DNA from: Sporopachydermia quercuum
Taxonomy: Eukaryota
Assembly (NCBI GenBank): GCA_001599295.1
Contig: BCGN01000001.1
Location: forward strand, 868,001-932,000
DNA length: 64,000 nt
Direction of reading: 5' to 3'
In this document: piece by piece, positions 1 through 12,220 of the stretch
Position numbering within the stretch: position 1 is the first letter of the stretch
Layout: every line of letters begins with the position of its first letter
The notes under the pieces: generated by a model
What the model was told of the DNA's origin: nothing
Database searches by the model: none
What the model saw: the letters and a program-made list of their open reading frames with translations, nothing else
Program-made: the position numbers and the translations under genes

Positions 1-3000
1 TTCAATACTACCTCGCATGATAAAAATGACACTGTCCAGTTGGATTTCATCTATTCAACGACATAGCTTCAGGGGGTTCATAAATGACACTTTTTGAACT
101 TTTTTACTTACCGGTAATTATTTTCGATCGCTCTAACTATTTTTTTTCCATATTTTCTAACGAGAGTATTGAATTCTCCTTTACAATTTGTTTATGGGTA
201 ATAGAATCAGATCAAATAGGTATTTACTAGAATTCATTTGTGAGGAGTAGCCAATTGCCTTGTCAAATGGATTGTTACAGTGGTCTACTAATTGGTTTAA
301 ATGATTGAAGTAGCTAAGGGGACATACTTATTGAGCCTATTGAACGCTCAGATCTAGTGAACAAATAGTGTAATAATTACTTCAAAGATCATCATACTTT
401 TAGGATAGAATTAATGTTAACTATCCTTTGTAAAGGAGGTCGGATTTTCATTATTGTTCATGGCACCAAAAATCCCATAATCAAAATACCGGCTGAAAAA
501 ACTCTGGAACTAAACTATTGAACATGGGGATGTTCACTACCGGATGCTCATCTATTTCTCATCTAAAAAACAAAAGTAAAAGACGTAAACAAAGCACTGC
601 TTTCTATTTATTTCAAAAATGTTTATATTTGTTTTTCCAAGAACATTTGACAACCTATGAAAATTTCTCCTCCCTGGACTGAATTGTTTCCGCCAAATCA
701 CATGAAATGAGAATAAAGTTTTCATTTTTCAACCTAACTTACATATATAAAAACGCTCTCTTGGTTAAGTTTTTATGAATAGCAAGTAACCCAAGTATAA
801 GAAATATACAATGATACTGTTTTTTTCTTTTTTTCCTTCAAGCTCCTTCAATGTGCTATCTTTAACCTGAAGATAGGAACCAATCCATTTTCAACTTCTA
901 TTTCTGCTTTTTCAAACTTGGTTAATGAACTAATTTCAAGAAGTAGGGAAAACTTACTTACAGTTCAACTAAAAATCAAACTAAATCAGACTAAAATTTG
1001 TCTTGACAGTCAAAGAATTAAACTTTCAAGACCGTTTTGATTATTTTACGATTTCTCACTACCAAATAGCTTTAAATTAGGTTCAACTGCATAAGACCTT
1101 AACTTTAATGATATTTGAAAAGCCTTCGGCTTGGTTCAGCATTTCAATAAGTAATTATGGTACGTAGCAATAAATCAAACAAGAACTAATTATTTTTTAT
1201 TTGATTTGCTTGACTAATCAATTATGTAATTACTGAAAAATTTTGTTGAGTGCCTTGAAATCGACGGTCGTTGAGAGCCAGTGAGGTTAAATAAACAATA
1301 AAGTTTCCCTGTCACATTTTCACACTTTCAATGATGATAATATTTACATCAGTTCATAGTAAAAAAAAAGAATAGAAAAGTAAGCTAAAGTTATGTTAAT
1401 CTAACAACATTATAATATTAGAAGTTGCAAGTTAATCTACAGATTACGAACTAGTCATGAGGGGTTTCGTTGTTGATCACACTGAGCTGCTGATTATTAT
1501 ATCAACCTGTTACAATGAACTTTATGAAATACAGATATTTGAGTCATCGTTGTTTCTCCACAAACTATTCATTTCAATTAAAAGGGTGAAAAATCCGTTT
1601 TTAATTCAATTATTTACTCTCAAGTTCCGATCAAAGCACTCCCAGTCTCTCTAGAGATCCGGAATTTTAGCGTACTTTTGATAGAACCCTCAGAAATTGC
1701 ACTTAGCTAAATCAGTATAAATAATTGGATTTTCCGGTGTCTTCAAGATTTCCGAAGTTCCTACAGTCAGACTTCCTTTTTGCTCCAAGGAGAAAGAGCA
1801 TGTTTTGAGGAGAGTTGAAGAAAGAGGCTCATTGCCAAATTCAATTATTAGATATTGCTCGCTTTATAAGAGATCTTTACATTTAAACGGTTGCGAATAG
1901 GAATCAGTTCAAGAGAAGAATTTAGTTAACATCTAAAAGTTTCTCTCACCGTTTACCAGTTATTTTTTAAGTTTCCTTGCGCAGTCCGATACCTATTACA
2001 GTTTTCTCCATATGTAAATCATGCTGTTTTATTTGTTAGGCCAGCTGCAATTTATTCGACCTATCCCATAAATTGAAAAGGAATCAATAGATTATTTTTA
2101 ATAACAAATATCAAAAAAAGCAGTCAGTTTTTAAACCTCTAGCAGTTGACAAACAAATTGCTCGAAGGAGTTGTGATTATATGCAGTAAGAAATGCAAGA
2201 TCATAATTATCCGACAAAGTTTGCTCCTTCACACTGCCATGTTAAATAAAAGAATGGTCTGAACGAAACTCTATTGAAAGATTTCAACCAGATAGAAAAG
2301 AAAAAGGCTCCTAACAATGAGAAGTGTACTACTCATTCAATTATATTGAGAAATATTAAGAGATCATGACTATTTATTAGTCTTATGACACTTCTCATTG
2401 ACTACTTTATCGAGTCATTCGAAATTACCTTATTTCTACACTATTTAAGTTTTTGGTTTGCATTCATTAGAATAAACGAACTAATGTGTAACTTTAAATA
2501 AAGTTTCAGTTAATCCACTTTGTCCTATTTTTATTATGAATATTTCTCATTTGATATTTGCTGTGCTTGAGCTGTAATTCAGATTCAACGATATTATTAT
2601 TCGCCCAATAGCTGAGAATAGCTTAGTTCAACTCAAACGCAATGTAAGATTCCTTTTGTAAACATCCTTCAATAGAAGCAGTATCAATGAATTCTCTTCT
2701 GACATGTGTCTTACCCGTCATTAATTACACTTCAATCAAATTATTCGGCTATTCTTTTATCAAACAATAATGAAATTTATGTCCCTTTACCTTTTGTTGC
2801 CCTTAACAATTTAAATTAATTAACTCAATTATAATTGCAGGAAAATTTTCTAACATTACTGACCAAAATAATCACAAACTTTAATTTAGTTTAAGTTTAA
2901 GTGTTCACAGAATCTTCAATTTAAGCTTCAGTCGGCTTCATCAATTTGAATTAGGCGCACTACTATTCTGGTAAGCTTTGTGTTCAAAAGGAAGATCAGA

Positions 3001-3470
3001 TTTAGATAGACCCTCTCTTAACTTATCAGTACAACATCTTGTACGTTACGACCACCACTTGGTCCTTGCTAGTCCATCATTCTCTTCGTCTCCTACTTGT
3101 TCCCATCCTCAAACATCATTCCTCCTCCAAGTCTTTCAAAACAACAATTTTTCATGGAGAAAAACCTGTTGGTTCTGCTGACCAAGGTCCAGACATTTGA
3201 AACTAATTAATAGTAGTGCTTATAAGTTGACTCGCCTGTATGCTCTTTATATTGTTTATCTATAACCCATGGGAAATTAAGAGAAGTACGGGATCGGAAG
3301 CATAAACAACAAGAACAGAAAGCCGAGACATTGAAGAATTGATCAAATTTGGCCTCTCAGAGAAACATAACCTTTATGACAAGGCAAACACGCTTCTTAA
3401 AAGTATAAATGGAAAGTTTCAAGCGGGGAATCGATTGGAATACGTATAACTAGTATATGTCTGATGAATT

Positions 3471-4224
3471 ATGAATTACAGAGATTATAATAATTACATT
3501 TCTCAATCGAATTCCCAGAACACTGGGAATTCTGGAATGGTGTCTTATACATCACCTACAATGAATACGAATGTGATAAACAGTCAAAAAGTGGCATCTC
3601 CTTCGGGAACAGGAATAGTAGAATTAGCAGCACAAGAAGCAAATATGATTGGTACTTCAGGATCAAAACTCAATTCTTCTCCGGGAACCTCTAGCTCAAC
3701 TTACAACTATCCGTATTCATATTCTACGTATCAATACTCTCGTGGGGGTAACCAAACCTATGAAAATTCACCTAGTTTGATGCAACCTCAACCTCAATCT
3801 CAGCCGCAGCAACCACAGTCTCAGCATCTACAACAGGATCAACAACTTCAACAGCAATCCCAATCACAGCAACCATACTATAGCAATCCTCAACACCAGT
3901 CTACAAATGTTCCCAATAACCAGTACTATTTCAGTGAATCTTCATATGATCCTTCACTTCGTAGTAGTTACGGTACATCAACTTCCGATATACTTTCGAG
4001 TCATCAACTTCAAACAAAGCAGCCAGGGCATCGACAAGTTCCATCTCAGCTTTCAAATTCTAGTGTAAATCCGAGTAATAATTCTGTATCAAACCAATCA
4101 TCCAATCAGTATCAGTATCCCTATCAATATCAATATCAACAACAGCCACAACCACAATTACAACAACAGCCACAACCACAACCACAACCACAACCACAAC
4201 TACAACCACAACCACAACCGCATC

Positions 4225-4280
<56 letters not shown>

Positions 4281-5012
4281 CCATCACAACCGCGGCAACA
4301 AAGCCATCAACAGCAGAATCATCAATTGAACTATCAACAAGAAAAGTACTACAACCATAATAGAAATATGCAACAAGATACTTACATGTATAATAATTCG
4401 CAAGATGTACCGTTGAGGCCTATGGAATCTTCTACAAATAATAGTTTAATACCATCAACTAATGGGCCACCTTCTTCGGATTTCATCTATCAAGCACAAT
4501 CATCTTCAATAGCAACGATCCCAGAAGAAAAGCCTCGTCAATATTCAAAAGGATACTCGACCACTTCTTCAATTGCTTCAGCATCTTCAGTTACAACAAC
4601 ATTGGCAATTCCTCTACATGCCTATAAACCCAGAATAACTACAACTGTATGGGAAGATGAATGCACCATTTGCTATCAAGTAGAGTCAAGAGGAATTGTT
4701 GTGGCGCGAAGAGAAGATAACAATTTCATAAATGGAACCAAACTTTTAAACGTGGTACCAAGAATGACAAGAGGTCGTCGTGATGGTATTTTGAAACTTG
4801 AGAAAAACAGGAAAGTTGTGAAATTAGGTAGTATGAATCTTAAAGGAGTTTGGATCCCATTTGATAGAGCCAAATCAATTGCAAAAGAAGAAGGAATCGA
4901 GGAAGATTTGTACCCTCTTTTCGTTGAAAATATACAAAATTTACTTTACAATCCTAATTCTAATCCTGCTGCCGCTGTTCAATTTAATGCCAAGTCTGAG
5001 AATACCGTGTGA
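3471..5012 (+). CDS. APSES-family transcription factor (Efg1/Efh1/Phd1/Sok2/StuA type) with long Q/N/S/Y-rich N-terminus
   Basis: C-terminal APSES domain [18 protein letters not shown]...[16 protein letters not shown]...[13 protein letters not shown]...[11 protein letters not shown]. Poly-Q and QP tracts. At least 3.4 kb of gene-free upstream sequence, as is typical of this family. Confidence 0.93.
4140..4282 (+). repeat. (CAACCA)n then (CAA)n coding microsatellite encoding QP and poly-Q tracts
   Basis: Directly visible tandem repeats inside the APSES ORF. Confidence 0.95.
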
Positions 5013-8000
5013 ATAAAGTGCTTATATTTCTTTAATATTAGTATCATATTACTTTAATTTGTGCTTGTATTTCGTTGTATTTGTTCTCTCCAAACTTCGT
5101 ATTATAGATTCATCAGTATTTCTGTCTGACACAACCGATATTAACTCTTTTCTTCGTTTTTTCTACTTTCACATCAGCTTCCTACATTTGTTCATATGTA
5201 AGAATCAAACGGGGCAACGACATAACGCGGTGAACTACCTCGATTACCTTGCTATTTGATTTAAGTTGATTTCAGGAAGTTTTACGGTATTTTCCTTCAT
5301 TTTCGTTTCCCTTCCTTTGGTCTAGTTTCATTGACTCGATTGCTTTTATAGTTACAATTTCTTTGTTATGTATTCTTGCTTCCTTACTCTTTCTCCTATC
5401 CTTCCATTAGTTATGTCATTTGCTGCAACGTGTATCAACAGATCAATTATTTATTTGATATTCTAGGTTTTATGTTTCATATTTCATATTTCTTAATTCG
5501 TTTTAATTTTTATTTTTCTTCTTCTTTCTGATTGAAGGGTATTGTAAATAATTTGTTGATTTCAATTGATTTCTTTATCAGATAACTTATCAAGATCATG
5601 TGATTACTCCTCTTCTTGGTAATTTCTTGTCGGATGGCATTTCCCCCTAAAAGTCAAGTTTTTGAAAGCAATCAATGCCTTATTATTCCGCTGACTCCAT
5701 TCTATGGTATACGGCGTCTCTAGCTCACCAAGTGAATAATTATTATTAATAGGGCCACTATATGCTTTGTCTATTATTTATTGGAATATACTGCTATTGA
5801 TCCTCTCTCTCGAGATTATGCGAAGGTTGTTAAACGTCATTATGGTTCCTTCCAAGATTTATCAATCTTACTCTGAGACGGATAAAATCAAAAAATAGTC
5901 ATTGATGGAGCAAGTTACCTTGGTATATTGAGTTATTGGCAGTGGAGGGTGGTATAGACAATGACTAATAATAGCTATCAACTCAATCCATCAAGCTCAT
6001 TACGCTAGTGTGTTGATTAGCTGGTTGGTTAGCGTTAATCATGGTATAGAGTATGATGCTCTTCGCATACTTCCTAACCCAATTTTAACTTTTATCACTT
6101 CTTGTCCTGATAAGACGAATGATTTCACTGATGATAGTTTAACTACCAGTTATAGTAGTTCAGCGGAAGCCAATAAATATTCAGGTGGAAGCAGGAAGGT
6201 GTATCTTCCCAAAAGAATAAGAAATAAAGTATAAAAATTAAAAAAATGAAGGAATGAAGGAAAAATTCGAATAGGGTCTATTTTGAATTGATTGATCTAG
6301 TAATCATTTTGTAAGGATAGGAAAAGGAAGAAAATAAAACAATTAAACAATCAATCACAGTAGTGGTCTCACTAATCTGGCTCCCATTGGATGGTAAAAA
6401 TGCATAATAGAGTTCTATCAACTCAAAACATCTTGTTTAAGTTATTTGTCAATTGACTTTCAAATAGGACGATTCCATTCAGAATAAGATTTGATGTAAC
6501 GAAATGCAAGGTACTCTTCGGTCAATTAATATTGTACGACAAGCCTTGTAAAGTTTGACTTAATAATAAAAAGTAAAGAGTATGGCGAGATTTAACCTCA
6601 TCGTATAATGTTTGAGTTAAAGACTATCAAACTAGTGAAAATATCAATCTACCGTAAACATTCCCTTCCCACGCTCTTTTGTTCACAGCAATTTAGTATG
6701 TGAATTTAGAATAACGGATCATTTGAACAATGTAAGAATATCAAAAATTTGCAGTTTTGGTTGATCAAGGTATAAATGGGACAGGCAATGGAACGATATC
6801 CTATAAATAAAAAGATCTATAAATGATCAATCGAGGGAAAATTGAACTAATAATTCTGGTATATCGATATAGCAAGTTCATTTTGAATAAACTAATAAGC
6901 TGATTAAGCAGCTCGGAATAGTAATGGAAAACAAAGTAACTTTGAATGTTCGAGCAAGCTCAGAGATTTTCCTTTGCATCGAAAACCCTGTCTTTATAAA
7001 CAGAGACCTTTGCAAGAGGCATTTGCCAGACCTTTAGAAGGCAGACCTTTCGATGAGTGAGAAGCCCCCAAAATAATTATAATCAGAACTTTAAATTATA
7101 CGTAAGTGTTTATCTTCCTTTTTAGGCGCTCTTTCTATCTAAACTTTGGAGTGCCATTTGAACCCCAGCTGAAATTGAATTTGAAATAGAAGTAGTAGAG
7201 AACCTTATTTAAGATGAAGCTAATGCATTTCAGATACTAACTCATGGAACAAATGCTAAATTATACTTTGATATGACTTGAGAAGGGAGACAATAAGGCA
7301 AGAGAGATCTTTTGAACAAGTCAAATTCTGGGAAGATGCAATTAAGGCTGAACTGAGTATATAGTACTTTCTACCATCACTAAATTTCATCCACTGATAT
7401 ACAGAAGTGCATGCTTGTTTCAGAGTAAACTGCACTGATTCGATCCAGGAAAGCAATTATTAAATAGCTGGAAATAAATATGGGGTTCTTCTTGTACGTG
7501 CATCGTACGAATTATGAGAAATATACTTAAAATATGGGGAATAGGCATGATGATCAGAGCATCGTGAAAGTAACAGTATTGTTATTGCATTTCCATTTAC
7601 TAAACGAATTTATTAGGAATTGATCTGAACAATGAAAAGTCTTAATCTTTGCAAGCAAGTGTCACTATCAAGCGGCACTGCTCCGCAATTCAGCGCGACC
7701 TCAAAGTATAATCAGCAAGGCAAAAAATTTAACAACTAAAAGGCGGATCACCAAGATTCTTGAAAATCTTTTTTCGTATTCTATTACTATCAAGTAATGC
7801 TTTTTCAATAATCCTTTGATCTGACCTAGTTTCTACTCTTCTTTCTTTTAACATTTCCTTATTTATCAGAAACAATAGTTTTAGGAATGAAATTGTCTAT
7901 AAAGTCTTAACTCACCGCTAACTTAATGAACGCAAGATTGAAGTAAAGACAATTAACATATATGATTATGTAATCAATGAACTGAATATTTATTATGCTG

Positions 8001-8083
8001 TTATTTACGCATATGATGATATGTTCATCTAGATCAATTTTCTTTCCAATTAGACATTGCATGAAACTTTTCTTTCTCTCTTC

Positions 8084-8460
8084 CTATATAAATTGTTATT
8101 CCATGAAAAATCATCTGAATAAGTAATGATCGAACTAAGAAGATGCTAAAAGGGATTGTTAAATTTAGTCATTGTATATTATCACTCTTTGAATAATTGA
8201 GCACAGGTTGAATAAGTAAGTTAGCAAATTTGAATAACAATTGAAGTGTTGAGCAAAGTTCAAAATGATGATTCACTTAGCTTTTATAAACTTTTCTTTC
8301 TGGCATCTCTAATGTTAGGGACCCTAACGGGTCTCGATGAGTAGAATCCATGACTAAACTCTGAAATTGAATTGAAACTCATAACTTCTTTTAATCTTGA
8401 CAAAACTGTTTGTTGACAAGAGTACTAACAATATAGGTTCTTGGTTCTTAAAGTATGACT
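8084..8460 (+). ncRNA. Putative non-coding snoRNA host transcript (TATA, short exon, intron 8216-8436, exon); ends approximate
   Basis: TATATAAA near 8084-8091, donor GTAAGT 8216-8221, perfect branch TACTAAC 8423-8429, acceptor TAG 8434-8436. The exons have no ORF beyond a 17-codon uORF. Confidence 0.65.
8259..8371 (+). ncRNA. SNR48: Box C/D snoRNA, snR48-like (predicted guide for 25S rRNA Gm2791/Gm2793, S. cerevisiae numbering)
   Basis: Box C ATGATGA 8265-8271, box D CTGA 8361-8364, terminal stem TTCAA/TTGAA, C'-like CGATGA 8335-8340. Guide TTTCTGGCATCTCTA (8297-8311) is antisense to the conserved fungal 25S segment TAGAGGTGCCAGAAA with one G-U pair. It is followed by ATGTTAGG, as I recall for yeast snR48. 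Confidence 0.8.
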
Positions 8461-8561
8461 GTATGACTATGATATCATACCATCCAATCTCGAATTCTTA
8501 TTCATCTGATTGCAGTAGGAAAAATCTGTGTGTAATGATTACAACTAGAATAAAGCTTCGT

Positions 8562-9407
8562 CTAAGTAGGTGTCCATAATTGACCCCTTCCTCTTCTTAT
8601 ATAAGTATCAAACTTAACTGTAGATTTTCCGTTACTCTTCAATGACTCAATGGACACGAGAGGAATACCATAAGCCTCAGCCCATATTTTAACAGAATGA
8701 TTTTCAGTTGCTAATTTCCAGTTGTTACTATTGGCATGGATTTGATATAGAACAGCAGATAGTAACCTTTTAATGTTGACAGGAGTTTTATGTTTCTTGT
8801 CTCGTTTTGAAGATCTTGCTTTGAATAATGGTCTGTTATCCGGTTTGTTGCCAACCACCTCCGATTCCTTTTTTTTGGCATCAACTTCAACAGTCAAGTC
8901 AAATAAATCAGGTTTCTTGTGCAGAAACTTTTGGCACTTGCTCCAGTCTTCATAAGTTTCTTCAGGGTCTTGGAATATCAACGTCTTATTTTTCTTCTTC
9001 CTGACAAGCTCTTCCAAGTATCTGATTACATCCCTGGCCTGTCTCGATCGAATTGAGGCTCCTTTCTTCAAATGGTCGAGTTCGTCTAAAACCATATTTG
9101 GAATGAAAAAATTAACCTTTTCCTGTTCAATCAATGACTTAAATGTGGGCAAACCCTGAACTAGTATGGAAACATCAATAATGTATACTTCTTTCCCTTC
9201 CAAAGTTTCTGGACTGGTATCGTGCTCAATCTTTCCTCTGATAGAAGAGGAAAGATTTCCTTTCAAGCTATTTCTGTCGTTCATCTGATAATTTTGTGTT
9301 TGTTTTTGTATAGCAAGTTCTCTTCTGATTGTTTCATTTATTTCCAAAGCCAACGACTCGCCTTGAGCAAATCCAACTCCAGATTGTCCATCTGATTCTG
9401 TATCCAT
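8562..9407 (-). CDS. NMD4: PIN-domain nonsense-mediated decay factor Nmd4
   Basis: PIN motifs YIIDVS..QGL, FFIPNMVLDELDHLK and WKLATEN. The C-terminal RGRGQLWTP matches the Nmd4 tail RGxGxLWxP. Confidence 0.8.
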   Translation of the reverse strand: MDTESDGQSGVGFAQGESLALEINETIRRELAIQKQTQNYQMNDRNSLKGNLSSSIRGKIEHDTSPETLEGKEVYIIDVSILVQGLPTFKSLIEQEKVNFFIPNMVLDELDHLKKGASIRSRQARDVIRYLEELVRKKKNKTLIFQDPEETYEDWSKCQKFLHKKPDLFDLTVEVDAKKKESEVVGNKPDNRPLFKARSSKRDKKHKTPVNIKRLLSAVLYQIHANSNNWKLATENHSVKIWAEAYGIPLVSIESLKSNGKSTVKFDTYIRRGRGQLWTPT

Positions 9408-10328
9408 CTTTCTTCCCTCGCTTTACCTGACCTTTCTGTTTAACCTTTCTTCATATTGCTTTATAAGCTTAAATATAAGCTGTTAACACTTATCTGCCAG
9501 AGCTCAGCAACAACTATGATAAAAATGATACAACTAGAATCATTCACATATTAACTCCCCATCATTTATTTACCTTTTCGCTAACATTACACTAACACGT
9601 TATGTGATCAGAGAGGGTTTAATGCTTACGTAATCTATTAAAGATATGATTATATTGGAAGTAAACAGGAAGGCATATTTATGGATATAAATGTTTCAAT
9701 GCCATGATGAAGCTTGTCATTGATATGCTAGACTTGCGGTTTTTATACCAAATAATGCGGCTTGAGTTACTGGTACTTTTTGTCCGATTTCAGTAAAATG
9801 GAAACCGTCGTATTTCAGCATCAGGGATCAGGGTACTACCACTTCAATGCACGTCCCGCTTTATCATGCATCCAGTACATACCAGTTACCAAATTCATTT
9901 CTCACTGTTTCTCCATTGTCAACAAAATTCATGCTGAAAACATAAAAAGAGTGGGTACTCTTAGCTATTGAATAACTTATAGGCAAGAAATTGGTACATT
10001 TTACTTCATGTCATCAACATATAGCATGTTTTTCCATCAATAGTAAACTCTCACAGCTATGCACTATATCTCCTTATGCAGTGCACCTGCAGAGTGAAAT
10101 TGAACTCAATTCATATGGACTTCTTCCACAGAATCACTTTTCCATCTTTTCTCCATACAATTCATTCATGAATAATAAAGACAATACTTATTTATTTAAC
10201 TTTTATCTAATACCAAATAACTTCAGTCAAAACCTTAGCAAACTCAAATAAAAGGTATAGATTCATCTATGCATAGAAAAACATGAGCAATATGAAAAAG
10301 AAAAAAAAGAATACAAGGTTCTTTCATT

Positions 10329-10351
10329 TATATACAGGTAATATATACAGA
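10329..10351 (-). promoter_or_regulatory. Two Puf3-type elements (TGTATATA) in the MTF1 3' UTR
   Basis: Minus strand CCTGTATATA (10329-10338) and TCTGTATATA (10342-10351). Puf3 is known to bind mRNAs of mitochondrial gene-expression factors in budding yeasts. Confidence 0.55.
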
Positions 10352-10431
10352 AGGAAGAAAGAAACAACTGATTGTCTCTTCTCTTTTCAGTTGAATCAAT
10401 TAAATCAAATCAAATTCACAGTACAATAGCT

Positions 10432-11629
10432 TCATTCATCTGCATCTGGAACCTCTGGCGGAACAAAGTCAAGGGATGGAGGATTGGTGGGGTCGTCAAA
10501 AACATCAATCAAAATTTCCGGCTTGAAAGGCCATTTACGGAACTCCTCTGCAATTCTTTCGAATTGAGGTACTGAAAGTTCTCGAACTGGAATGTGTAAA
10601 ATATCTTTCAAATTATCTGATAAATACTCGGCGCCACCGCAGCCCAAGGTATTGAGAGCAGATGACAAAGGGAGAGATCCCAGAACAAAGAGACGTTTGG
10701 TGATGTACTCGAAATTGTCCAAATCAACTGTGCAGGGTTTTGGTTTGACGTCTAATAAAGCCATTGGATAATGAATATCAAACATAGATTTATCTCGTGT
10801 AAGAACAATTGGATCAAATCGACTGAAGTCCTGAAAATACGCACCGGGAAGTTTTTTGACTCCTCGTTTAATTACACCAGGACTTGGTGGAGCAGAAATA
10901 GCAAGTAGATCAATATCACAAGATGCTTCGCCAATAACTGTACATCGAGATCGAGAAACACTTCCGATTGGTGCTATCATCTTCACAGCAGTTGTAAGAT
11001 TTGTCCACAATAGCATTCTAACATGTCCATATTTCTGTAACCAATTACTATTAGCGCAACAATTCAACCATTGCATAAATAGCTGTTCTCCTTGTTTCTT
11101 GGCTGTACAATTTCCTGTGAGTAAGACATTTGGGTGCATTTCTGATTCATTTCTCCCTAGTTTTGGAACATCTTGCAAAAACTCTTTCTCTACAGCTTCA
11201 AATCCTACCCACTGATAAGGATCTTCTGATACAAGAAACGCTTGGCCAGAGGCAGTTGGAAAAAATGTGCTATTGATGATTTTTTGCGCACCGTTAAAAG
11301 GTTCCATTAAAACATGTCTTCTCGGCTGGAGACTATTGAACATTGTTGCAGACCAAATTGCTGGTCCCGGATAGGCATCAATAAGTGTGAAACTGTTAGG
11401 CTTGTAAGATTCCTTCAACTTTGCCTTAGCAATGATCTGCTCTTGACCAACATGTTAATACTTCTTCTAATTGCCAAGAACCAATAACTTAGTGTACTTC
11501 TATAACCTGAAGCTCGCTTGCTCCCTAATCAAACTGATACATACCACCAACAGTATGATCGGTCAGATGAGATCTGCCAAACATACTCCTACCTCCTGCG
11601 TTAGGAATACTATACGGTACCTTCTTCAT
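10432..11629 (-). CDS. MTF1: Mitochondrial RNA polymerase specificity factor Mtf1 (mtTFB); exons 11629-11545 and 11441-10432
   Basis: Motifs LIDAYPG, DPYQW, GEQLFMQWLNC...NWLQKYGHVRMLLW and SRSRCTV. Intron 11442-11544 (GTATGT, TATTAAC, AAG) restores the N-terminus MKKVPYS...FGRSHLTDHTVGEQIIAK in frame. Confidence 0.88.
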
Positions 11630-12220
11630 GATGAACTGTATCAACTTCTACCCGATAGTACATCTAACAATCTATCTCTTCCTTCCTCTATCTCATTAGT
11701 ATCAAGAACCCAGTTATCAATTCCATCCGATCTACTCATTTCGTGTTGTAGTCGTAAGAATAATCGTAAGAATAAACCGTTTGGAAGATGAGATAGACAG
11801 TTAATCTTCGTTGTTTTTCACTCTTAGAAAAATTTCTTTGGATGGCACGTGATGTATAATGAGAAAAATATTGCGGAAACGATGCCAAGGATAAGTGTTC
11901 TGTCCCATATCACATAATGTTTCAATCTCCCTTATTATGTCGATTGGAATTATCATCATGAAACTAACTGTTAATAACAGGAAAAGGGAAATAGAATAAC
12001 ACTGTATTTCAAGTTTATCAATCTCGCAGTGACTGTTAATATCGTTTACCGGTCCAGCTATTTCAATTCTCGTGCTGCTAGAAAATATTGCAAATGGTGA
12101 ACTCCAACTATCAATCATACTTACCTGTATAGATTGGAATCAGCTTTTTGATGACAACAGAAAGGATCAGAGGCAATCACAACGTTTTAAGAGCTCAGTG
12201 CTGCTCGCGTAGAACGAAAT

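Noticed and set aside
4060..4287. Poly-V, poly-S and poly-M antisense or alternate-frame ORFs (also 13282, 13290, 34103, 39939, 40246 and most short ORFs overlapping long genes)
   Set aside because: These are shadows of trinucleotide repeats and codon bias in the real genes.
7326..7364. FWEDAIKAEL peptide resembling the Ty1/copia pre-RT motif
   Set aside because: No downstream RT motifs, LTRs or target-site duplications; too short to call.
7547..7628. Third ATGATGA...CTGA pair
   Set aside because: No convincing guide, terminal stem or flanking splice signals.
8013..8118. Second ATGATGA...CTGA pair (possible C/D snoRNA)
   Set aside because: No recognisable rRNA guide, and it overlaps the TATA box of the snR48 host.
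9700..10251. Short ORFs or coding-like frames between NMD4 and MTF1
   Set aside because: TTG starts, frequent stops and no recognisable homology.
12117..12220. ATACTTACCTG, identical to the U1 snRNA 5' end
   Set aside because: There is no ATTGCAC loop or Sm site, and it runs into the TAF7 start within about 100 nt. It is better read as a chance match or a minus-strand CAG/GTAAGTAT donor.
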